Source: Trichoplax adhaerens
Taxonomy: Eukaryota; Animalia; Placozoa
Length of the DNA stretch: 64,000 nucleotides
Direction of reading: 5' to 3'
Assembly: GCF_000150275.1 (NCBI RefSeq)
Contig: NW_002060946.1
Location: 2,189,454 to 2,253,453, forward strand
Shown here: positions 55,801-64,000 of the stretch, piece after piece
Position numbering within the stretch: position 1 is the stretch's first letter
How the letters are laid out: each line of letters starts with the position of its first letter
Program-made: the position numbers and the translations under genes
The notes under the pieces: generated by a model
What the model was told of the DNA's origin: nothing
The model's database searches: none
The model's input: only the letters and a program-made list of their open reading frames with translations

Positions 55801-56569
55801 TAGTACTTTTATAGGTCTAGAAATACACGCTAAATTACAATTTCTTAACACGGTACTCCTGATTAACTATTTTACTAAAATATTAAACTAAATCAATCCT
55901 ACAGCACCACCGCAATCAATCCCGGCCGTACGTACATGGCTTGGACCGATATTAGGTGGAGGAGGAGCAGCAATCGTTCTTATGATAGTAGCTGTAATTT
56001 TTTCTATTAAGATTATAAGAAAGCGAGGTATGAGTGATTTCGTTTCTTCTAACTTTGATTGCACAATTAACTATCGTAAATTTTTCAATCAGACTAATTA
56101 AAGGCTAATCCAGGATAAATTAAATTAATATACATATTGATATTCACTTAACATTTGAATATAAAATTTTATCTATTAAGGGGCATTATTATCTGGCAAC
56201 CAAAAGAATAAGCAACGGCAGCAGGATTCAATCTATGAAGAAATTGACAATTTTACTAATGTTTTATACGAAAGTGGATCAACACTTGGCTTAAAAATAA
56301 AGAATGATACAGGTACAGATTTACCTACAAATATCACTCCCGATAGTCCATTCAGACGCCAAGCAAGTAGTATCAATTCAACAACGACGTTGCTTACAGA
56401 TAGTGGAATATTTCATTGTGGGGATGATCAAAACAAACCGAAACCAGCGTTTAATCATACACCTGGAGTTCCGCAGTTACAACGATCACTGTCTGATGAT
56501 GAATGTTATAGTTACATGTATAGACAGCGTAGTAGAGCTAATACTGCAGAAGATTCATCTTTATTATAA
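44040..56569 (+). CDS. Cluster gene C: type I membrane Delta-like-head receptor (SP - MNNL/C2 - reduced DSL - 5 EGF - 15 FN3 - TM - ~135-aa signalling tail); start codon not located
   Basis: Exons (approx.): 44040-44096 (WLTAGSIAAILIILISMCT); 44503-44781; 45273-45495; EGF 45785-45848, 46019-46077, 46261-46332, 46536-46595, 46781-46842, 47014-47088, 47391-47511; FN3 47647-48256 (two domains) and exons starting ~48440, 49166, 50012, 50428, 51196, 51603, 52041, 52488, 52913, 53525, 54217, 54672, 55129; TM 55906-56027 (WLGPILGGGGAAIVLMIVAVIFSI); tail 56181-56569 ending DSSLL*. Confidence 0.87.
45566..45782. repeat. Intronic tandem duplication, ~108 bp x2
   Basis: AAAATAGT..TTTTGAATAAACT.AGT.AAATACTACCAAT..TACTTGTCCTAATGTTAA..TGAAATATTTGTA.GTAATTATTT..AATCTTTATAAA occurs twice in tandem. 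Confidence 0.9.
52811..52840. repeat. (TA)n microsatellite in a gene C intron
   Basis: Directly visible TATATA run. Confidence 0.95.
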
Positions 56570-59198
56570 TAGTTCAATATATTGATCGCTTACTAAGCAG
56601 CATAATGCAAATAATTTCGCGATATAAATAATAGGTAAGCTAGTTTTAGCCCCATCAAGGTTTAATGATTCTTTATTAGCATGCAGTAGTAGTACAGATA
56701 CTTATATCAACTTTTAAATAACTTCTGTAACATAGATACCTGTTACGTGGTTAATGTATTGAGGTAATGGTTTCTTAAAGAAGGCTATTTGTAGATTACT
56801 TGACAACAGTGATTACGGATATTTATCTTAAGTTAAAATTTTAATCTCTAACAGAGGTACCACTTCAGAATGAATTTGTCATTCTGACAAGAATTTAAGC
56901 TTATATTAAATGGGTGAAGTCAATGGTTCATTCTTATATTCGTTAAAGCACTTTTGTTAACTTTTAGTATTATTTGTATCAATATCTGATGCTGTAATTC
57001 TGTGAACGGCGACAGCCAGTCCGCAGCCGCTGACTCTTCAAACCCTCCATCACATTTATGTTATTTAAATACTGTACCATATAGAATAGCTTTATCCCTG
57101 TGCGTGTTTAGTACTGATATTTTTTCTAACTACTCTGTCAATCTTTGTCTATTTTAATTATTGCAACTTACGCAAACGGTATTACGGCGTCTTTAGTAAG
57201 CGCAAGTTGTTATAGTACATATTTAAGATGTTAATAAATAAAAATTTAAAGCATAATGAGAATTGGCAACTGAGTCAACAATTGGATTATGCAACGAGAA
57301 TCTATCTATCTCATTAGTGGCATTTATACCACCAAGTGTAGAAATTGATTGATTCCATTTAAATAAATACATGGTTAATGGCTAAGATACTTTTTGGTCT
57401 AATATATTAATATATATCGGTTTAGCATGATTTAGATACTCCCAACGCCTACGCAATGACTCCTTTGAAAAATATCTTAAAAGCTATTTTATCAGCGTTA
57501 AGTTTGATTTGTAAGACAGATGCAAGTGAGAATTCAATGTTAACTCTGAACCGACCACAGATTAACTATTTATGAACATAATTATGAAAACTTGTCAAAT
57601 TCTAAATCGAACGTGCTATAACCAGGAATTATATGTTCAGTAAAGTACGGAATATCCATATCGAAACTTATCATCGCTGTCATAAAATCATGGACTGAGA
57701 TTAATAAGTCGTGATAGGGCTTTGATCGCTAGAACTCTTTTAACCCTCTTTCTTTATAATTTACTTTAAGAAGTACTTTTCTCCCTTGTGAATATCTGGA
57801 TACCTTTGCCTAAACGACTAAAACTGACAAAATGTTCAAAATTTATCGATCAATTTTCCAAGGATTGCTTCACTATTCTTTAATATCCCGTATCCATGAT
57901 ATGTAGTGAAACTTTAATAACTATTTATTTCTCTCTCAATATGATTGTAAGTCAGCGATTTAACTCAATAGAGCTTTTAATAATTAATTTCATGTTACTT
58001 CGAGGCTTCAGGAATAACAATGTTACATATGTTTACGTAGATCAAATTAGATAGACAGAGCTATAAATATTGCTAGCCAATAAATACTTTACCGTATCAT
58101 TGGACGAAATATGATTAAGTTTTAAAATTAATTAATTTATAGGAAATTATTTAAATACTATTGCGATTATTCCAGTATGAACATTAACTTGTAAATGGGT
58201 AACGATTACCAGATAAAATCAAAATAGTCTAAATTTTCATTAAAGTAGTAGGATAGAGTGGTGTAGTGATTTCAGCTAATTACAGTAGTTTTGTGTAAGT
58301 GGGTATCAAGCGATGCAAGTATCCTAATTACAATTAATTATGGAAAGAATTTGCAATTCAAATTTCATATAGAACAAAATGATGTCACTGTATGTATGTA
58401 TTCTAGCCTAGAAACAAGCTAATGTCAATGATAATTGGTAAGAGATATTTCAAGCTAGAATATTACTTCATATGTGACATACATGCTGTAGCCTAAGTAA
58501 AAAACGGCTGTAACTTCTGCAGTATATGAATGCTATCAGATAATTTATATATTATTTTTTGGGTAAAATGGCATGATTAATTTCATTAATATCCAATTTC
58601 GAAAACGAATCGTAGAGGACAGGAAATTTACTTTAGTTAATGCCAGCATATTAAATAAAGGTAAAATTTAAAATCTGGTACTTAATCAAATCATAGCTAG
58701 CAGTAACAGTATACAAATATTGCATTAACTATCTTATTGGCCTGAATTTCACGATTAACCATGGGTGTTATTTCAGTTCATACTGAAATATAGGTATCAT
58801 AAAATTGGTGTAGAAGTGATAAGCTCCTTAAATTAAATAATACCATTAGCTAACTAAGATCGAGATAACCTGTATCTGCAAATTCATGAATTCGCAGAAT
58901 ACGCCGTATTTAGTATGGGTATAGATACTTGCACACCGCTGAAATAGAATAATGCCTACAGCGAAACAAAAATAATCTTGAATTTATACATCGATTTATG
59001 TATCTATGCAGGTCATTACAACATATTGCAAATTGAACAGTTCTGATTGAAATGACGTTCGTAGATATTAAATAGCGGACAATAAATTATCAGAAAATAT
59101 AAATATATAGACCTTTACAAATCAATGTCGTGCTTTTTATAGCCTCTAAATTATCATACTTTCTTATGCAATGGAAAATTACAATTGCAATAGCACAA

Positions 59199-62100
59199 CT
59201 ACGGGTCTAATTTTTGCTGAGAATCAGTTATGGATGGTATTTCGGATAGCCCACATTTGCTTTCTTGTTTCATTGTTTTCAACTTAATATTCAAATTAAC
59301 CAGCTCTTGATGCAATTTATGATAACGTTTATATTTCTAGAAGAGCATTGCAGCAATAGCAAAAGCAAGTTTACTTAAGATGAATACATTTTACATAAAA
59401 TGAATCTGGCTATGCAAAAATTTTTGATTAGTGGCGATAATGATATACAACAACCAGAAAAAATAATGACTAAGTTAACTAATCCATTTGATATTAATTA
59501 AGTAATTGATCATAGCTAAAATTAGGGCATTTTGCATGCTTACACAACAGGCCAATAAAGTAAAGCTAAGGGTACTATGTCTTAATATACCTTATAAGTA
59601 ATTTTATTATTGACCACTAAGTGTGGTAACTGGAAATAAAACAATGATTATGATAAGTAATTGAGTTAATGTTATATGATATTGCAATTGATCATAACTT
59701 AAGCTAAGGTATAATGTTAATTTGTTAATTTAATACGGCTGTAATCTATTCCAGAATCCTTTTGTATAGACACTTATCATGAAGGTATTAGATCTAATCT
59801 ATTTATATTCGAATCTTTATGTGTAATTCACAATTTAATATAGTATACTAAATCAGATCATCTTCTTTCAATATTTTTTTATATTTGTAGTGATCCCAGC
59901 TAATAGTAATAGATATAGTTTTTTTAATACGGTAGTAATATGAAGTAAAGCACTATATGACGAAGAATAGTCGGTTGTGCGTAGTAAAGTAGTTATAGAT
60001 TATTATTTTGGCTGTGATGATAAATTATTTTAACAACTTCAATTTCCAGTTAGTGATTTCCAGCAATAAGCTTATAAACCCATTTACTATAATAATTTAC
60101 AATATTTATAGCGATTTCTATTCTATAAGCTAAATTACATACGGTAATTTTGTGCAAAGACATAACTGATTTGAATATTGTGTCGGGTAATATCAAAGGA
60201 TTTTTATTTACTTTAGCAGAAAGCATTTTATTCTGAAGAAGCTCTAGATATACTTTTACCTGCTGAAGAACTGATTGTAGCTTTTCAACCTCTTTAACGT
60301 TCGAACTAGCAAGGCATTTTTCGTTATATGCTGCAACAGTCGCTATGGCAGTTAGTTGTAGATTTTGATGGACATGATTCCACTGATTTTTCCATGCTAG
60401 AATCTAAGCATGCATTTATAGTTAACGAGTTAGTACTGATTTAAAGTACGATGAAACGATTAATTATCAATTAGTATCTCAGTTAACACTACTTGAAATT
60501 AAAAAATAAAAAATAGCGAAACCATAATGAATAAACAATCCTGTCATTACCTTAGGTACAAATAGCATCAGCATTGTGGTTGTGGTGCAAATAATAATGC
60601 AACTACTGATCAAGCAATAACTTGTGGTAACTTGAACGGTGACAGTAATAAATGCAATTAAACCAAGGATACAAAATATCAATATATTATAGATAGAGAA
60701 GGCGATGTATTTAGAATCGTTCAGTCCAGTAATATTGATATTTCGAGTCTCGAACGCCAAGAAACTTCCAAAGACTAATAGCACAAATTTGATAACACAA
60801 ATTGTAGCAAGCCATACTGCTAAATTCTCACAGGAGCAGAAATAGTAAACACTTTGTATTTTATATCTCGGATCAACACCATCCTGAAACAAGAATTGAA
60901 TCATTTTAAAAAGAGCTCCGAGAGCAGCTTATAATACTGATTGGGAAATTAAGTACAATATCGTCTAAGCTATAGTGCTAATTGAAAAGCAAAAGCAATC
61001 TTATACATCTTTAATTTTTGAAAAGAAGTTAGGCATATCTATCCGTATAAAGGAGCTAATCAATAATCCTCTAATCATGCTATAAATTTAATACTAATCA
61101 ACATTAAAAAGGAAACTTTTTTTATCTACCTTTGTAGAAATAATATACCGCTTTTCTTCCATAGGATTGACTTGATTCCATATAATAAAAATTAGGATAT
61201 CAATAAATAGCAACATGCATACTATTGCAATAAGCTGCCAATCTTTTATAGCCTAAATATGCCAAAAAGATAAAATAGCCGCTTACGATCTGGCATATAA
61301 AGCTGATTAACTTTAATCGATGGAGGTAATTTCTAATGTTGACATTTAAAAGCTAGTAGCTATCCTGTCTAGCATTTTTAAGTAAAACAGTATGATTAAG
61401 CTTGGTTAATATAGCCTTTAATAAGAAATCTTACAACTGCTTTGGAAGTTTTATTCGTAAAAATCTTATGGATTCGCCACGTCTTAGCAAATAACGAGCC
61501 GTAAACTAAAGTAAAGCCAGTACAGATGAGCCAAATTTTGGCTTGGCACAATATTTGCATATGTCGTCTTGCGATTTTAGCTGTTTCAAAAGTAAATACG
61601 ATTACATCCAAATAACAAATTATGCAACCAATAATCAAGACGTTGTTCAAGCGTGGACAGGACAACTTTAATTGTCTGTAAAATTGAGAGATACAGAAAA
61701 GAATAAAATAAGTTCTTGTTTTACAGAATCTTTATTACTACTATCACTTCAATATCCGAGAAGAATTGATCTGTAGTAGCCTATCTAATCATATCAAAGG
61801 CTTGACCAATTTTTAACAAGATACTGAAAAAAATTTTAGCTATCCATTCATTAAATTTATTAATACTTGCATCATATGCATACGAGCATATGAATCTATA
61901 ACTTGGAAAAATCTTTATTTAAACTAGTCTAAAAATACCCACTTTTGATTTTTATGCAAGATGTTAAAAATAAAGAAACCAATGGCGGTAATAATGCCAC
62001 AAGTAGCTAAACATGCAAATATGAAACCAGCAGTGTAGGAAATTAGCTGCCTAACTTCCAGTACTTCTGGAGGAGATTTTGGAATAACACCGGCTAAATG

Positions 62101-64000
62101 AATGAAAGCAGAATAATATGCATAGAATGTAAACGATGTAATAATGCTTGCTAATGCAGCTATCTGTTAATAGTAATAATTCGCTCAAAGAAAACTAATA
62201 TTAACGGGTGCACTAATTTATGCTAGTTAATTACGCTTACAGTTTCGTCATTTCTACATAATTTTAGCTATTCTTTTTCTAAGTGGGAGTTGAGGTAGCA
62301 GTAAATGAGTACTAAATACTAAGAGAATTCTAGCAGTCTAATGGATAGCTGGTTTAAATATTTTCGAAGCTTATTTCACCACAAGTGTACAAACTGTTAC
62401 ATTTATACGCATATTACTGCAGCTATACACTTAGGCTTAGAATTAACCTAATCAGTAACGTAACCAAATTTAAGCGACTTCGACGTTTTTTAGATTCAAC
62501 AATTTCTTAGAGGTTAGACTATGTAAGATTATAATTAATATACTGGCCTGTTTTCTCATTTATTTCATCAAAATTATGTACTTTAAAATTAGAATTGTAG
62601 CCATAAATTTTCTATCAGCTACTACATTCTGTATGATATATTATATTATATTTCTACGTATTCCTAATTTACTAATTTTGTAAAAATGTTATGAGCTAAG
62701 TAATCTTACGGCATTCGTTCTAACGAAAATAAAAATATTTACATATAAACAAAATTGCACATTTCTACTAAAGAAAAATTTATGGGATCATACTTAATGC
62801 ACTAACTCTTTTGATTTATTTCTTAAAAATTTTAAAATTGCATACTTTGAAATTAGAATTATAGTCATTAATTTGCTAATTTGATATCAGCTGCTATATT
62901 CCTTTTTGATTTGCTATATCTCTAATAAATCCTAATTTACTGATTTTTAAAAATTTTATGAGTTGAATGATCAAATGAAATTCGTCCCAAGGAAATAAAA
63001 ATACTATACATATAAACAAATTGCGCATTCTATAGTAGAATATTAATTCGTCTTGGAACTAGATTAAAATAATCGTTAGGAGATGTCAGTAATGTTTTGT
63101 ACCTGGCCATGTGATTGGATTATCTTTATAGAATGATACTGATTTCGATTGTATATCGTAGATACCAACTGGAACCATTTCTAGGCTATCATTTCGATCT
63201 GTTTATTTTACCATCATGAAGTAAAAGATAGAGTAGGCATGAATAGGAAATAACAGCACTTTAGCAATATAGAAGATTAATTTAAAGAATTTTTAAAGGC
63301 AATATTATTTTTTGTTGCCATCTTGAAACGGTCATAACAGCAATAACTATTTGAAGGAAGAATAATACTTTTATTCGTGGATTTTAATGCAAGCTAATCC
63401 TATCTTACCTGGTAATTGCAAAATGTGAACATCTTCAATTCTTTCAAACCCATCGTAGCAAACATGACCCTTATGCACAATAGAAATGGTTGTAGGCTAT
63501 AAGTAAAACTTTAAGAAATAACTATCGAAAATTCTTTGTACTAATGACCATATATTATAAGTTTGTTTATGTAAATCAAGTAAAAGTCGCTAGATCTATT
63601 GATGATGTGTGGAAAATGGCGAAGCAATCATGGAAACATATTATGCCTATTATAATTTTAAAGGTATGTGGAATAACGAATAGCAATATTAAACGAGGAA
63701 ACTTTTTAGCATTTGCAACTACAAATCGTGAATACAATTAATGTAAGACTGCCATCATTTCGTTTCTAAGTTAGTTATAATGAATTGGTAGAAAGTTGAA
63801 AGGACTTACGGTTACACCATTAAATGAAGTATTTGTTAGGCTTTCATTTAGAATTGCCATAATAGCTTTATCAGAATAATTGAAATCTAATAAAGATTGG
63901 TTTCTTTTTTTCAATTCCGCATCGGTTTTATTCAAGGCCATAGCCAAAATCCAAACAGCATCGTAGGTATAGCCTTTCATATGATCATGATTGTGTGTAA
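59199..64000 (-). CDS. GABA-B receptor-like class C GPCR (5'-truncated by the window end)
   Basis: Exons (approx.): >64000-63810 (YTYDAVWILAMALN..TSFNGVT), 63469-63409, 63198-63103, 62093-61942 (TM1), 61675-61435 (LSCPRLNNVLIIG..GSLFAKTWRIHKIF), 61252-61130 (IKDWQL), 60883-60551 (FLAFETRNINITGLNDSKYIA..LFVPK), 60403-60260 and 59336-59199 (heptad-like C-tail). The motifs are typical of GABA-B subunits. Confidence 0.9.
62550..63045. repeat. Diverged ~265-bp tandem duplication in a GPCR intron
   Basis: ACTTT.AAATTAGAATT.TAG, TATCAGCT, TCCTAATTTACT, TTATGAG and TACATATAAACAAA are repeated at ~62580-62775 and ~62844-63040. Confidence 0.85.

Noticed and set aside
56398-56420. DSGIFH as a beta-TrCP phosphodegron
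   Set aside because: Lacks the second Ser of DSGxxS.
26360-56569. Naming genes B/C as Delta, Jagged, Tie, usherin or a receptor PTP
   Set aside because: No complete DSL domain, no kinase or phosphatase domain, and the architecture matches none of these; no symbol assigned.
56304-56585. 93-aa ORF as a separate gene
   Set aside because: Alternative frame over the gene C cytoplasmic exon.

Overview
Very AT-rich, intron-containing animal genomic DNA with compact GT-AG introns and abundant CAGTA/TACTG pentamers. The overall style suggests a placozoan such as Trichoplax (inference, not tested). I reconstructed exons by eye from splice sites and reading phase; boundaries are good to within a few nt. 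Contents in order: (1) an uncharacterised ~800-aa multi-pass membrane protein with a Cys-rich ectodomain (- strand); (2) a decayed region with a ~210-bp degenerate repeat and a pseudogene of (3) a BPHL/valacyclovirase-like alpha/beta hydrolase whose nucleophile elbow reads GWCDG instead of GWSDG; (4) the main result, a cluster of three apparently intact paralogues plus one pseudogene remnant (13.5-56.6 kb); (5) the 3' part of a GABA-B-type class C GPCR (- strand) running off the window end. The three cluster genes share a Delta/Notch-ligand-like head: signal peptide, MNNL/C2 domain, a DSL domain collapsed to one CxxG(W/Y)xGxxC unit, and two DOS-type EGF pairs. Their bodies differ but are built from CxxC-bearing FN3 cassette exons. 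Gene A is secreted (5 FN3 + LamG). Gene B has a mucin stalk, 1 FN3, a TM helix and a short Tyr tail. Gene C has 15 FN3, a TM helix and a tail with YEEI, RxRxxT and a PDZ-type end. No prokaryotic features, CRISPR arrays or convincing RNA genes were seen.
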